The notes: generated by a model from the letters alone, not told the origin. 64,000 nt of DNA from an uncultured Pseudomonadales bacterium (GCA_964357975.1 CAYHNG010000001.1:47007-111006), one strand, 5' to 3'; positions 19,678 through 29,937 are shown, counted from the first letter of the stretch. Made by a program: numbers and translations.

Positions 19678-20595
19678 TCATCTTTTAATATACGACCAGT
19701 TCAGCTTTCCTGTTAACAGATATTCGATGCCGTCCGCAAACCCTAGCCAATATAACTTTATTAAGTCGAATCTAAATTCCCTCAAGACCAATAGGGAATA
19801 AGTGAGCGGCCAGAACCAGGAGAAAATGAGAGCATAAATTATTTTTTGGATGAAACTCCCATAACGAGCCACTATCACGGTTCTATTTCTCATGAGACAG
19901 TAGGCTTTTTGCTCGAACATTCCACCCATGCCTCTCGGCTTGAGATCATCATTTTTGTTCGTTTGGTGATAGGTGACCGCGCCGGACACTATTCCGCACC
20001 CATACCCCGATCTCTTGGCATGGAGGGCAAAGTCAGGTTCCGTAAAGGTCTGGACCAAACCTTCATCAAAGTATCCACACTTGGCAAATACCTCTGCTCT
20101 AATCATAAATACATTTGGGACTCCATCCGAATTTGACACCTTATGATTAGTTTCATTGATATGACCGGTTGTTTTTCCGGTAAACATATTGATTGTTTGA
20201 AAATCTAAATATTTTTTTCCGTTAGCGTAACTCATGGATGGTCCAATAATGCCATAGTCGGGATATTTTTCTGCAAAATAAATTAGTTTGGAGACCATCT
20301 TCGGATCAACAAGATTGTCATCGTCCACAAATAAAATATATTTGCCCCTTGCTTTCTTTGCACCAATATTTCGACTCTTAACCATCATCATTTGCTTTCT
20401 TTGATGTAGGACTGTAACGTGTGCTATATATGCCTTCAGGTCACCCGTGGTGATATCTTTGGTCTCATCAGTGGAACTGTCATCAACCACAATAAGCTCA
20501 GTATGTTTGGGAAGACTTGACATTTGCAAAGATTTTAGGCAGCCAATTAAATCCTGATAACGATTTCTGGTAGTGATAACAATACTCAAGATCAT
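19678..20595 (-). CDS. GT2 glycosyltransferase
   Basis: SIVITTRNR, VVDDSSTD, FVDDD. ATG at 20595 overlaps the upstream stop. Confidence 0.88.
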   Translation of the reverse strand: MILSIVITTRNRYQDLIGCLKSLQMSSLPKHTELIVVDDSSTDETKDITTGDLKAYIAHVTVLHQRKQMMMVKSRNIGAKKARGKYILFVDDDNLVDPKMVSKLIYFAEKYPDYGIIGPSMSYANGKKYLDFQTINMFTGKTTGHINETNHKVSNSDGVPNVFMIRAEVFAKCGYFDEGLVQTFTEPDFALHAKRSGYGCGIVSGAVTYHQTNKNDDLKPRGMGGMFEQKAYCLMRNRTVIVARYGSFIQKIIYALIFSWFWPLTYSLLVLREFRFDLIKLYWLGFADGIEYLLTGKLNWSYIKR

Positions 20596-21524
20596 TTGAT
20601 AGCCGTTACCTTGATCATGGGCCAAAATAATCTACTATTAACCGCTAACCAATTAAATATTGGTCTGATCGGCTTTGGTAAGAACGCGAACTGTAAAGAG
20701 ATCTTAAAACGATCTACCCCGACTTCTTTGAAACCCGATTTCTTATGAATCCGGGTCAGTGTTGTGCCAAGAAATGACATCTCGTAACCAAATATCATGT
20801 GTCGGCCACGCAACAGTTTAATGTGAATAAATTCAGCCAACTGTCTTAATATCGGCATGTTCGGAATGTTTCCCCACAGTTGACGGTATGACAGAGAAGC
20901 AAGATTCAGATAAGGAACGGTGTTAATAGCGTATCCGCCGACCTTGAGGACTCTATACATTTCATCAACTGCCATTTTCGTATTCTTAAAATGTTCAATC
21001 ACTCCACCTCCATAGATTGCATCGATAGTATTGTCCTTTAGGGGAAGGTGAAGAATATTCCCTTGAATCAAGATAAAATTTTTGATTTTATTTTCTAATA
21101 ATAGCTGTTGGGCCACTAATAAGGCTGACATGCTTAAGTCTATGCCAATTATTAATCCAAATGACGAGGCAACTTCTTGTCCTAAAAAGAAATTTCCACA
21201 CCCGATCTCTAAATAAGTATTGGTTTTTTGTTTCTTTAAATCGAACGGGAACACACCCAGCACATCTTTCAGATAATTTTTTTTGTAGTAACTTAACTCT
21301 GCCTTATATTTCTTTTCATCCTTTTGTTCCTCATAGAAATCGTCCCACTTTTGGGAGGACAAGGTTAAATCATCACTGAGTGTTTCGGCAAAGGAAAGTA
21401 TGTTGCCAATCCTTTTCCCCAGTACAGATCTGCATGAACGGCACCGGATGATATTCTTGACTGTGATTTCAATATCTCCTTCACATCGCGGACAAAATAG
21501 GATACTTAATTTTTTATCTTGCAT
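20592..21524 (-). CDS. Zn-ribbon plus class I SAM methyltransferase
   Basis: CPRC..CRSC, LEIGCG, IDLS, GVIEH, RVLKVGG. ATG at 21524 preferred. Confidence 0.85.
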   Translation of the reverse strand: MQDKKLSILFCPRCEGDIEITVKNIIRCRSCRSVLGKRIGNILSFAETLSDDLTLSSQKWDDFYEEQKDEKKYKAELSYYKKNYLKDVLGVFPFDLKKQKTNTYLEIGCGNFFLGQEVASSFGLIIGIDLSMSALLVAQQLLLENKIKNFILIQGNILHLPLKDNTIDAIYGGGVIEHFKNTKMAVDEMYRVLKVGGYAINTVPYLNLASLSYRQLWGNIPNMPILRQLAEFIHIKLLRGRHMIFGYEMSFLGTTLTRIHKKSGFKEVGVDRFKISLQFAFLPKPIRPIFNWLAVNSRLFWPMIKVTAIK

Positions 21525-22224
21525 CTCTGAAAATTGAGTTGAGACCATTGTTGACAACAAGTTCATATTGATTGTTAATAAGCAGTCTCAAAATTTGTGA
21601 TTCACCACCGGTATTGTTCTGGGTGACATTTTCAATACAGATTACTTTTGGTCTGAATTTTTTCCAGTCGTTACTTTGGAGAATAATAAGGTCGTAACCT
21701 TCTGTATCGACCGATAGGAAGTCGATTTTGTTTGCTTTATATTTCCTAAACAAATCTTTCATGGGTATTGTGTCAATATTCTTGATACTTTCAATGTCGA
21801 AGCCCTGTTTGACATAGTTGTCGGCTTCTTTTTTGGAGAAAGTGGAAAGCGTGTCGGTGTAGAAATTATAAAACGAAAGCTTGCCTTGTGAGCCACTAAT
21901 ACCACAGTATATATTTGTGTCTCTAGGACGAACCCTGTTAAGCTTCATATATTTGCGCATGTTTGGCTCAACATTTATCCCCCTCCATCCCTTTTGGTAG
22001 AACCTGAAGGTATTATTAAACCGAACAGGGTCGTTTGCTCCAATATCTACATAGAAACCCTTTTTTTTACCCCCTATAACCTTATCTATCAAGAGGTCTT
22101 CCTGTCTTTGACTGTATGACCTAAGAAATAATCTGTAATAGATGACGTATTTTACTTCACTATACAAATACTGAAGTGATTTCCACAGACCATAGTGATA
22201 TATTTTTTTAATTGTGTTTTTCAT
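21514..22224 (-). CDS. FkbM-family methyltransferase
   Basis: SYSQ..ED, FYVDIGANDP, WRGINVEP, IDFLSVDTEG. Confidence 0.9.
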   Translation of the reverse strand: MKNTIKKIYHYGLWKSLQYLYSEVKYVIYYRLFLRSYSQRQEDLLIDKVIGGKKKGFYVDIGANDPVRFNNTFRFYQKGWRGINVEPNMRKYMKLNRVRPRDTNIYCGISGSQGKLSFYNFYTDTLSTFSKKEADNYVKQGFDIESIKNIDTIPMKDLFRKYKANKIDFLSVDTEGYDLIILQSNDWKKFRPKVICIENVTQNNTGGESQILRLLINNQYELVVNNGLNSIFRDAR

Positions 22225-23362
22225 TTAGAGCTTGCGAGAATATCTGTTTCCAGGAAAGAGATTTGGCGTAAGTAGTTGTGTTTTTGCTTAAAATTTCCAG
22301 TTTTGTTTTGTCTTTTAAAATATCAACTATATCTTTACTTAGGTCGTTTCTTATTATAGCCCCACAACCGTTGTGGACTATCTCATTTGCATTGTATGGA
22401 ACATCCGATACGAGCACCGGTAAACCGCAGGCGAGATAGAGCTTTAGCTTGGCTGGATCGGCGAAATATGTAAAGGAGAGGTGGCCTTTATCGTCGTACT
22501 TTTCGTATGGCGCGATTGCTAGAGAGTATTGTGGTAGTTGTTTCTCGATATCCCGGTGATCCTTAATATACCCTTTGAACTCTATGAATTTGGATACATT
22601 TAGATTGGCGGCTAGTTCTTTCAAGGTATCTAAGTAATCTCCCCCGCCAAAAACTACGAACTTAAAGTTAGGGATATTTTTGGTTATGCTTGGGATTTCT
22701 TTTATGACATCTTGAATTCCCTGCTTTTTGGTAATATGTCCCATGAAGACGAGTGAGTTAGGAATTTTTTTAACACTCGGATTGAGGCGTTCTGTCCAAA
22801 CACCGACTGGCACTACTTTCTGATGACCACCGGTGAAGCCAAAATATTTTTTTCTGCCCCACTCCATGCGAGGTGAAAGGTTCCAGGTTTCATCGGCGTG
22901 TCTGACACAGAACTGATCTATTTTATGGTAGATGTAGTTTAGAACTTTGTTCTCGAAACGGTAGGGGTTGTAATCAATGACATAATAGATTACTTTCTTG
23001 ACGTGTCCCAGCTTTTTGAGAATAATTCCAGCTAAAGCATTGAGGTTGTCACTACCCACAAACAAATCCCATTGCTCGCCACTCTGCAAAACCCATTTAA
23101 CCGTGAGCCAGACGTCTTTGAAATAGGAAATTATTGCCGCTGTTTTCTTAATTTGGGAATAATCTTCAACTATCAGTTTGCCTTTAATGTATTTTTCAAA
23201 ACCTGACCCCTTGAGTTTCTTGTCAAAAAACAATGGGTGACCGATAAACAAAAGATTCTCTATAGTTTCTCCGTTTAGATAGTCCTTCAAGTCCTGAGCC
23301 GGGCCTGTTGTGTAAACATGCGTGGCTATAACTGCGGAAGATAAGGGAAGTTTTCTGTTCAC
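22208..23362 (-). CDS. GT4 glycosyltransferase
   Basis: FMGHITKKQG, KLKLYLACGLPV. Confidence 0.87.
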   Translation of the reverse strand: MNRKLPLSSAVIATHVYTTGPAQDLKDYLNGETIENLLFIGHPLFFDKKLKGSGFEKYIKGKLIVEDYSQIKKTAAIISYFKDVWLTVKWVLQSGEQWDLFVGSDNLNALAGIILKKLGHVKKVIYYVIDYNPYRFENKVLNYIYHKIDQFCVRHADETWNLSPRMEWGRKKYFGFTGGHQKVVPVGVWTERLNPSVKKIPNSLVFMGHITKKQGIQDVIKEIPSITKNIPNFKFVVFGGGDYLDTLKELAANLNVSKFIEFKGYIKDHRDIEKQLPQYSLAIAPYEKYDDKGHLSFTYFADPAKLKLYLACGLPVLVSDVPYNANEIVHNGCGAIIRNDLSKDIVDILKDKTKLEILSKNTTTYAKSLSWKQIFSQALNEKHN

Positions 23363-23374
23363 AGTTGTTGGGTA

Positions 23375-24322
23375 TTAGTTCTTGAGGTTGTGAAGAAACC
23401 AGTCGTATTCTATACCGATTCCCTTTTCTAGTTCCATTTGAGGTTTCCAACCAAGCGAGAGAAGTTTAGAAACATCTAACAATTTTTTGGGGGTACCGTC
23501 CGGTTTGGTTGAGTCCCAAACTATTTTCCCTTTGAAACCGACGATTTTTTTGATAATTTGGGCAAGCTCTTTAATTTTGAGATCCACTCCAGTGCCAATG
23601 TTGATGATTTCTGAGTTATCATAATGCTCCATAAGATAGACACAAGCGTCTGCCATATCATCGACGTAAAGAAATTCTCGATAGACGTTTCCCGTTCCCC
23701 ACAATACAACCTCTTTTTTATGCCCAATTTTGGCATCATGGAATTTACGGATTAAGGCAGGAAGGACGTGAGAACTATTTAAGTCAAAGTTGTCATGTGG
23801 TCCGTAAAGATTCGTAGGCATGACAGAAATGAAATTAGTTCCATATTGCTCGTTGTAGCTTTGGCACATCTTGATACCGGCAATCTTGGAAATAGCATAA
23901 GCGTCATTAGTCTCTTCTAATGGCCCGGTAAGAAGATAAGATTCTTTGATTGGCTGTTTGGCTAGCTTAGGATAAATGCAAGAGCTCCCCAGAAACATTA
24001 GTTTCTTCACTTTATTCTTCCATGAAGCATGGATAACATTGTTTTGGATCTGAAGATTATCATAGATAAAATCAGCTTTCCTTGTTTTGTTGGCCATAAT
24101 TCCACCAACTAAAGCCGCAGCCAAAAAAACATATTCCGGTTTTTCTTTTTCAAAAAAATTTTCGACTTGTACCGAACTTTCTAAATCCAGTTCAGATCTT
24201 TTCCTAGTGATGATATTGGTATAACCATTTTTTATCAAAGACCGAACGATAGCGGTCCCAACTAAACCACTTTGACCTCCGGCAACAAAAATCTTGGCGT
24301 CTTTCTTCATTATTGTTTCCAT
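23375..24322 (-). CDS. fcl: GDP-L-fucose synthase
   Basis: [47 protein letters not shown]. Confidence 0.93.
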   Translation of the reverse strand: METIMKKDAKIFVAGGQSGLVGTAIVRSLIKNGYTNIITRKRSELDLESSVQVENFFEKEKPEYVFLAAALVGGIMANKTRKADFIYDNLQIQNNVIHASWKNKVKKLMFLGSSCIYPKLAKQPIKESYLLTGPLEETNDAYAISKIAGIKMCQSYNEQYGTNFISVMPTNLYGPHDNFDLNSSHVLPALIRKFHDAKIGHKKEVVLWGTGNVYREFLYVDDMADACVYLMEHYDNSEIINIGTGVDLKIKELAQIIKKIVGFKGKIVWDSTKPDGTPKKLLDVSKLLSLGWKPQMELEKGIGIEYDWFLHNLKN

Positions 24323-25335
24323 TTTTCACGGCTGGATTCCGCTGGAGCAATCTTACCTCTAATCCAACCATAAATATATATAAATAGGGTAGCATAGCAG
24401 GCAATGGGGTGGAAGAGCCATGCCGAATCTGGTTTTCTGATATATCCTATGACCGTCTGGTAAAGTATGGGGAAAATTAGAATACATGAAAAGACGAACT
24501 TGAGGATACCCGTCATAAATGATCCTTCCCAATCCACATCTCTATTCTTCTTGGCTTTGTGAAAGGACATATCGTTAATGCGGCGGAACTGTTTACGGAA
24601 GAACTTGGCGGCGTCGTTTTCGACGAAAGTGTGAATAATGCCGGTATCTACTTTGGCAACTTTGATTTCACCTTCTGAGCGGATTAGTTTAAGAAGAATA
24701 TCGATGTCAAATAAATAATCTGACTGTTTGGTGGCTTTTTGGAGATATTCTTTTCGAAAAATGGTGCCATTAGCACCGATGGTGGGTATGGGCTGGTGAT
24801 TGAGGGTTATTTCCAGATAGCCATTTTTCTGTACTTCAGGAAATTTGAGATCTGTCCAACGATTTGTAATATACGAAAAACGATCGTAGTTACCAATGAA
24901 GAGACAAATGGGATCGTTCATACCCAATAAGGCGAAATAGCGCGTAAGTAATGGATCTTGCCGGCGGTAGGTATAGCGAATTGGTTCGGAAACAATAATG
25001 CTCTTGTTGGTAAAAGGTTTCACCATATCGGAGAGCCAATGACTATTGGGGAGAATGTTGTCTGAATCGATAAGAGCAATAAGGTCACCTTTAGCAGCTT
25101 TCACAGCTACGGCTTTGCCGGACTCGCCGGTTCTTAATTTGTTTGGGATAACGGTCGCTCCGTACTTTTTAGCTAAACTAACAGTATTGTCCGTCGACCC
25201 TCCGTCCCCAATTAGAATTTCAATTTTTGTTTTCGGATATTTTTGAATAGAGATGGACTTTAGGCATTTTTCCAGGACTAAACCTGAGTTCAAGGTGGGG
25301 ATGACAATGGAGATGGAGGGATGTGATGGTTTCAA
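24310..25335 (-). CDS. GT2 glycosyltransferase with C-terminal TM helices
   Basis: [20 protein letters not shown]. Confidence 0.88.
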   Translation of the reverse strand: MKPSHPSISIVIPTLNSGLVLEKCLKSISIQKYPKTKIEILIGDGGSTDNTVSLAKKYGATVIPNKLRTGESGKAVAVKAAKGDLIALIDSDNILPNSHWLSDMVKPFTNKSIIVSEPIRYTYRRQDPLLTRYFALLGMNDPICLFIGNYDRFSYITNRWTDLKFPEVQKNGYLEITLNHQPIPTIGANGTIFRKEYLQKATKQSDYLFDIDILLKLIRSEGEIKVAKVDTGIIHTFVENDAAKFFRKQFRRINDMSFHKAKKNRDVDWEGSFMTGILKFVFSCILIFPILYQTVIGYIRKPDSAWLFHPIACYATLFIYIYGWIRGKIAPAESSREKWKQ

Positions 25336-25364
25336 AGTTATTGGTTGTTGGTTTTTCCCAGATA

Positions 25365-25389
25365 GATCCCCGCCTTCGCGAGGATGACA
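25365..25389. repeat. REP-like palindrome, intergenic copy 1
   Basis: gatccccgccttcgcgaggatgaca, identical to 44896-44920. Confidence 0.85.
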
Positions 25390-25403
25390 TAGTAGATTAC
25401 TTG

Positions 25404-27035
25404 TTAGTCGCTCAATACATCTCCGTGTTGGCCGAGTTGTTTGGGCGAAAAGTCCATCATGTGTCCGAGAAAGCGCCAGCCGGCCATGAAGAGGAATTTG
25501 ATATCATCCAGATGTCTGATCTCGGTGATTTTTCTTAACATGAATTTGGGACTAAGAAAAGATTTGTAGAGGTCTTGGGTTAGTTCCAACACCTGTTTCT
25601 CGGTAAGTGAAGATTTCATTACCGGCTTTCTCATGTCGTAATCATCGTAGTCTTCTGACAAAAGCCAACCCTTTTCTTTACACTCTTTCCATAGCGGGGT
25701 GCCGGGATAGGGAATCACCACAGTGGCTTGCAAGGTGTCGACATAACCTTTTTCAAAACATTTCTTGGCCAGATCGACCGTGTTCCTGGCATCCTCGTAA
25801 GTTTCCCATGGGTAGCCCATCATAATAGTGAGGTGCGGGTCTAGTCCGCCCTTCTTGGCCATGCGGACACCTTCTTCGATTTGCTCTACCTTAAGCCCTT
25901 TATCGAGATGATCTAAGGTATATTGATTGGCGGACTCCATACCATAAAGGATGAAACGGAAGTTGGCTTTGCCCATTAAATCGTAATGCTCTTGCTTGAG
26001 AGCGTTGAGACGCATATTGCACCCATAGACGACTTTCTTACTGTAGCCGGACTCGATCATCATGTTACAAAAGTCAGTCAGGGGTTTGCCGATCATAAAA
26101 GTACCGGCGTCATCAAAAATTTCCTTAACATGATACTTGTCCACGACATATTTGACTTCATCAAAAAGACGCTGTGGAGTAAACCTGCGGTATGACCCAA
26201 CCGGGTTGATGGTGTGATCCCAAACACAGAAAGTGCAACGATTCCACCAACAGTCACGACCGGAGTACATATAGGTAGCGGGGGTGTACTTGTAGTTGCC
26301 GTTGTAGACCGAATAAAGTTCCCACTTAGTTAAATCACGGTCGACAAAAGGCAACTCGTTTAGATCGTGGGCGATGCTGGGTTTGCCGGAGTTGGCATAA
26401 ACCGCCTTACCCTTTCGCTTGATTGTTTCCACCGGTTTTTGTTTGATCCGCTTGTCACCCATGCGCCACCAAACACCCGCCTCTAAAGGCGTGGGTGGGG
26501 TGAGATCCCTCGACTGCGCTCGGGATGACGAAGTAAGGTGGTCGAGCAAGCTCACAATGACGAAGTCATAATCTCCACCGGTGATCAGGTAGTCGGCTTT
26601 GCTGTGATCCATCATTTCTTCCGGAGTAAAGGTAATGTGATCCCCTACCCAAACCAAAAGGAGTTTAGGAAGTTCTTTTTTGAGAAGCTTGGTGATTTCC
26701 CAATGCTTCTTGATGATCGGAGACTTGGTCTCCACCATCAAAACATCGGGTTTAAATTGTTTTAATTCTTTCAACCACTGCTCAAAAGTCTGCTCCTCCG
26801 CTATACCATCCATCCATTTGACCTTGTAGCCATGAGCAGCTGCATTGGAGGCGGCATAAGCCGGAACCATAGGATAAATGTAGGTCTTGGCGTTGAAGTA
26901 CTGGAACTGACGGTTTTGAGACAGCAGCATGACACCTTTGTCGGAAGGCATGGGAGGGTAGCCTACAACAAGCCTTAAGGGCTTGTTGGTGTTTAGTGCT
27001 AAGGGCTTGGTAACTTTTTTGGTTTTTTTTAACAT
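25404..27035 (-). CDS. B12-binding radical SAM enzyme (HpnJ-like)
   Basis: GRDCWWNRCTFC cluster motif, EIFDD, YGMESAN, PYPGTPL. Confidence 0.9.
   Translation of the reverse strand: MLKKTKKVTKPLALNTNKPLRLVVGYPPMPSDKGVMLLSQNRQFQYFNAKTYIYPMVPAYAASNAAAHGYKVKWMDGIAEEQTFEQWLKELKQFKPDVLMVETKSPIIKKHWEITKLLKKELPKLLLVWVGDHITFTPEEMMDHSKADYLITGGDYDFVIVSLLDHLTSSSRAQSRDLTPPTPLEAGVWWRMGDKRIKQKPVETIKRKGKAVYANSGKPSIAHDLNELPFVDRDLTKWELYSVYNGNYKYTPATYMYSGRDCWWNRCTFCVWDHTINPVGSYRRFTPQRLFDEVKYVVDKYHVKEIFDDAGTFMIGKPLTDFCNMMIESGYSKKVVYGCNMRLNALKQEHYDLMGKANFRFILYGMESANQYTLDHLDKGLKVEQIEEGVRMAKKGGLDPHLTIMMGYPWETYEDARNTVDLAKKCFEKGYVDTLQATVVIPYPGTPLWKECKEKGWLLSEDYDDYDMRKPVMKSSLTEKQVLELTQDLYKSFLSPKFMLRKITEIRHLDDIKFLFMAGWRFLGHMMDFSPKQLGQHGDVLSD
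26500..26530. repeat. REP-like palindrome copy 2, in frame inside the radical SAM CDS
   Basis: gtgagatccctcgactgcgctcgggatgacg, read as SSRAQSRDL. Confidence 0.85.
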
Positions 27036-27054
27036 TTATTTTTATGTTAGTAGT

Positions 27055-27085
27055 GTGAGATTCCTCCACTTCGGTCGGAATGACA
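27055..27085. repeat. REP-like palindrome, intergenic copy 3
   Basis: gtgagattcctccacttcggtcggaatgaca. Confidence 0.85.
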
Positions 27086-27089
27086 AGGT

Positions 27090-27356
27090 TTATGGAAAAA
27101 TTTGTTTACCGGAAGAGTCTCTAATAAATATAGCAAGAATGGGACAAGATCTGGCGGCTTCTTTCACTTTCTCCAATGAGTCCCCGTCCGGATCGAGAAT
27201 AATCGCTTTGCCGTCTGTATCTCGCAGAAAAAAGGTTAAGGGTGCAACAATGGAACAAGGACCGGCAGAGATGCACTTGTTTAGATCAACTGTAATAATA
27301 TACCCATCTTTTCGGACTGCTTCGCTTTTATCTTCAGTAGTGTTAACTTGGACCAT
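27090..27356 (-). CDS. Small ferredoxin, probably [3Fe-4S]
   Basis: CISAGPC (Ala replaces the second Cys) and a distal CP. Confidence 0.85.
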   Translation of the reverse strand: MVQVNTTEDKSEAVRKDGYIITVDLNKCISAGPCSIVAPLTFFLRDTDGKAIILDPDGDSLEKVKEAARSCPILAIFIRDSSGKQIFP

Positions 27357-28399
27357 TATTGTATTAGTTTATCAGTAAACAAGAATCCTTGAAGGAAACG
27401 GACCCCGTACCAAAGATGAGTGATGAAGATAATGGGGATGGAAAGAAGAGTCTGAACGAGGATAGATATCAGATCTCGGTTCTCAGATCTCAGTTTCTTG
27501 TGTTGAACAATAGTGTTGAGGATCCAGAGGGAGTTGAGGGAGAGAATAAGAAAATAGAGAGCAAAAGAGTAGATACCAACACTACGGAGGAGAGTTATTG
27601 GTTGGAGAAATGACAATGGGAGGGAGAGTATCAAAAATAAAAAACCGAAAAGGAGGAGTGTGGGGAGGAAGTAGATGGGCCTGAGGGAAGTTTCCGGGAG
27701 AATGCGAGCAAAAAAACCTCGATGAAGACCGAAGTTACCGTTTTGTCGAAGGTGAGGAAGTAGGATGGGACGACGGTGATGATAGACGATCGACTTCGGT
27801 TCGTAAATAATTTTTTTATTTAGTTTGTGAGTAAGGTCTAAACAAAGTTTGGTATCCTCGCCCGGCCAAAAGTTGGAGTCATAGCCACCAACCTTCATGA
27901 AATCTGTTTTGCGAACAGCCAGATTCATGGAAGGATAATCGTCAACGTACTGTTTTTTACCAGGAAGAAAGCGGTAGGTATATGGACCGGCACCGATGGG
28001 AGACGCCGACGCCCACCCGGAAGCCTCCTCTCGCCAGCTAACTACCTGAGGAGTCACGCCCGGTCCGCCAACCCCAGCAATCTCGGCTTTTTGAAAATGA
28101 GGGACGAGACTGGCTAGCCAACTCTTGCTAGGAAATGCATCGTCATCGATGAAAGCCAAAATCTCTCCTTTGGCCATCTTAGCTCCGGCATCTCGTTTCT
28201 CCGCCGGCCCGACATAATGGCCATATGATTTTTGGCGAAGTTTAGGATAATCCAGATCTACATGGTAGTCGCAGACCAAAATAATTTCGAAGTTTTTGTA
28301 GGTTTGTTTCTCGATGGAGTCAAGACACTCGATCAGATACGGGTTCTTTTTTTTGTAATCGATGACGATGACGGAGACTAGGGGAGGTTTACGGTTCAT
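27356..28399 (-). CDS. GT2 glycosyltransferase with C-terminal TM helices
   Basis: GPAEKRD, AFIDDD, GGYD..PGEDT. Confidence 0.9.
   Translation of the reverse strand: MNRKPPLVSVIVIDYKKKNPYLIECLDSIEKQTYKNFEIILVCDYHVDLDYPKLRQKSYGHYVGPAEKRDAGAKMAKGEILAFIDDDAFPSKSWLASLVPHFQKAEIAGVGGPGVTPQVVSWREEASGWASASPIGAGPYTYRFLPGKKQYVDDYPSMNLAVRKTDFMKVGGYDSNFWPGEDTKLCLDLTHKLNKKIIYEPKSIVYHHRRPILLPHLRQNGNFGLHRGFFARILPETSLRPIYFLPTLLLFGFLFLILSLPLSFLQPITLLRSVGIYSFALYFLILSLNSLWILNTIVQHKKLRSENRDLISILVQTLLSIPIIFITHLWYGVRFLQGFLFTDKLIQ
27467..27494. repeat. Degenerate heptamer tandem repeat inside CDS
   Basis: tatcaga-tctcggt-tctcaga-tctcagt. Confidence 0.7.
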
Positions 28400-28405
28400 G
28401 GTTAT

Positions 28406-28434
28406 TTGACAAATGTTGATTGTAACTGTATTAT
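28406..28434 (+). promoter_or_regulatory. Sigma70 promoter pointing antisense into the DUF3800 gene
   Basis: TTGACA (28406-11), 17 nt spacer, TATTAT (28429-34). Confidence 0.75.
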
Positions 28435-28440
28435 CTATTT

Positions 28441-28494
28441 AGTTAATCTCGCGGATGGGTGTTTACACCGGTTCAGCGAGATTTTCGCGTTTTA
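28441..28494 (+). ncRNA. Candidate DUF3800-associated small structured RNA
   Basis: Begins 7 nt after the -10 box. Stem AATCTCGC/GCGAGATT encloses GGAT/GTTC and GGTG-ttta-CACC, followed by a U-rich tail. Confidence 0.55.
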
Positions 28495-29104
28495 GCTTCA
28501 CCCAACTGGTTTTATATACCTTGACTTTCTTGGAAATAATACGAAAGAAGTTAGACCTTTTTGTAATTCTCGCTAAATAGCTTCCTGAGACCATGTCAGC
28601 ACAATTTACCGCCCTTTCTCTCTGGCTGTCAACGTGTCTTATCTTTGCGATTCTCGGATATTTACGGAAGATGTATTCATTAAACTCGTTTTGAGATCTC
28701 TCATTGTGGAAATGTCGGTCAAATGTAATCTCCATTTCGGACTTGTTGAATGATTTCATTACTTTGTTGATTAGTTTACTAGCCGCCATCGAATAGTTTA
28801 GAGGGCTATCCTGAACTTTCTTGTTACTCTTGTTTATTTCCAAGACGTAAACTTTAATCTCAAGATTACTAAGCTCCGTCAAATATTTGGTTTTGATATT
28901 ATCACTAGCTTTGTAATACTTTATTTCAGACATTATTTTATGTTTTCTACTTGATGACTTTCTAAGTTTGTTGGCTATTCCCACGAGGTCTCCTTGCTCT
29001 CTTGTTGCTACAGCACCGAGTATAAAATATTTATCTCTAGTGTCCGGTAATGTCCCCGACTCATCAATAAAGATATATATTTTCTTCTTGTGAGCAGGTG
29101 TCAT
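28463..29104 (-). CDS. DUF3800-family protein (RNase H-like fold)
   Basis: YIFIDESG, EIKY, ITFDR, DS..NCADMVSG. Highly basic protein. Confidence 0.82.
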   Translation of the reverse strand: MTPAHKKKIYIFIDESGTLPDTRDKYFILGAVATREQGDLVGIANKLRKSSSRKHKIMSEIKYYKASDNIKTKYLTELSNLEIKVYVLEINKSNKKVQDSPLNYSMAASKLINKVMKSFNKSEMEITFDRHFHNERSQNEFNEYIFRKYPRIAKIRHVDSQRERAVNCADMVSGSYLARITKRSNFFRIISKKVKVYKTSWVKLKRENLAEPV

Positions 29105-29937
29105 TCTGTTTTTGAATGGTAGCGGAGTTTAAGATTGGGATCTGATTCCCAGTGGTCTGAGCCACCATCGTCGTAATAACGAAGAATGTAAGTTCGATAA
29201 ATAATGGCGAAATAGTCGATGAAATAATTCCTCACTGATGACAGATCGACGTTACTGGCAAAGTTGTGAGTGATCTCCACCGGAGATTCATAAATTTTCT
29301 TGAAGCCAAGGTGGTTGGCGACAGTAAGAATTTCCAGATCAAAAGCCCAGCGCTTGACGATGAGGCGAGGAAGAACTTCGACCAGAACATCTCGACTAAA
29401 GACTTTAAGGCCTGTTTGGGTATCGGAGACATTCAGGCCAAAAACAAACTTGGTGGCCTTTTGGACGAGATAGGAGAGGAGTTTTCTTCGCCACGGATAG
29501 AACACCTTACTGGCGTGATGGCGTTTACTGCCAATAATGATATCCGCCTCGTACCACTTCATGTGTTCCAGTGCCAAGCCGATTCCTTTTGCATTTAAAT
29601 CGTTGCCCGCGTCGATAAAAGCGATTGTTCCGCCTTTGGCGCGGGCCATGCCATAACGCACCGCATAACCCTTGCCCTTGTTTACCTCATAGGTATAGAT
29701 TCGGCAGTTCTTGGCTTTGAACGACTTGGCCAGCTCTGCCGTTTTGTCCTTACTGTTTTTTTGTCCGTCAACAACGCAAATTAACTCATATGGACGATTC
29801 AGAAGATCTAGATAAAGCTTAATGGTAGAAAGATCGTTGTAAATAGTTTTGCAGTTATATGCCGGGACAATTACCGAGAGGAGAGAAGGATCAACTAAGC
29901 CGTGTGATTTAATTTTCTTTTTGGCCTTTTTGGGCAT
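29101..29937 (-). CDS. GT2 polyprenol-phosphate glycosyltransferase (DPM/DPG synthase-like)
   Basis: NKGKGYAVRYGM, DTQTGLK, WAFDLEIL. ATG at 29937 preferred. Confidence 0.87.
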   Translation of the reverse strand: MPKKAKKKIKSHGLVDPSLLSVIVPAYNCKTIYNDLSTIKLYLDLLNRPYELICVVDGQKNSKDKTAELAKSFKAKNCRIYTYEVNKGKGYAVRYGMARAKGGTIAFIDAGNDLNAKGIGLALEHMKWYEADIIIGSKRHHASKVFYPWRRKLLSYLVQKATKFVFGLNVSDTQTGLKVFSRDVLVEVLPRLIVKRWAFDLEILTVANHLGFKKIYESPVEITHNFASNVDLSSVRNYFIDYFAIIYRTYILRYYDDGGSDHWESDPNLKLRYHSKTE

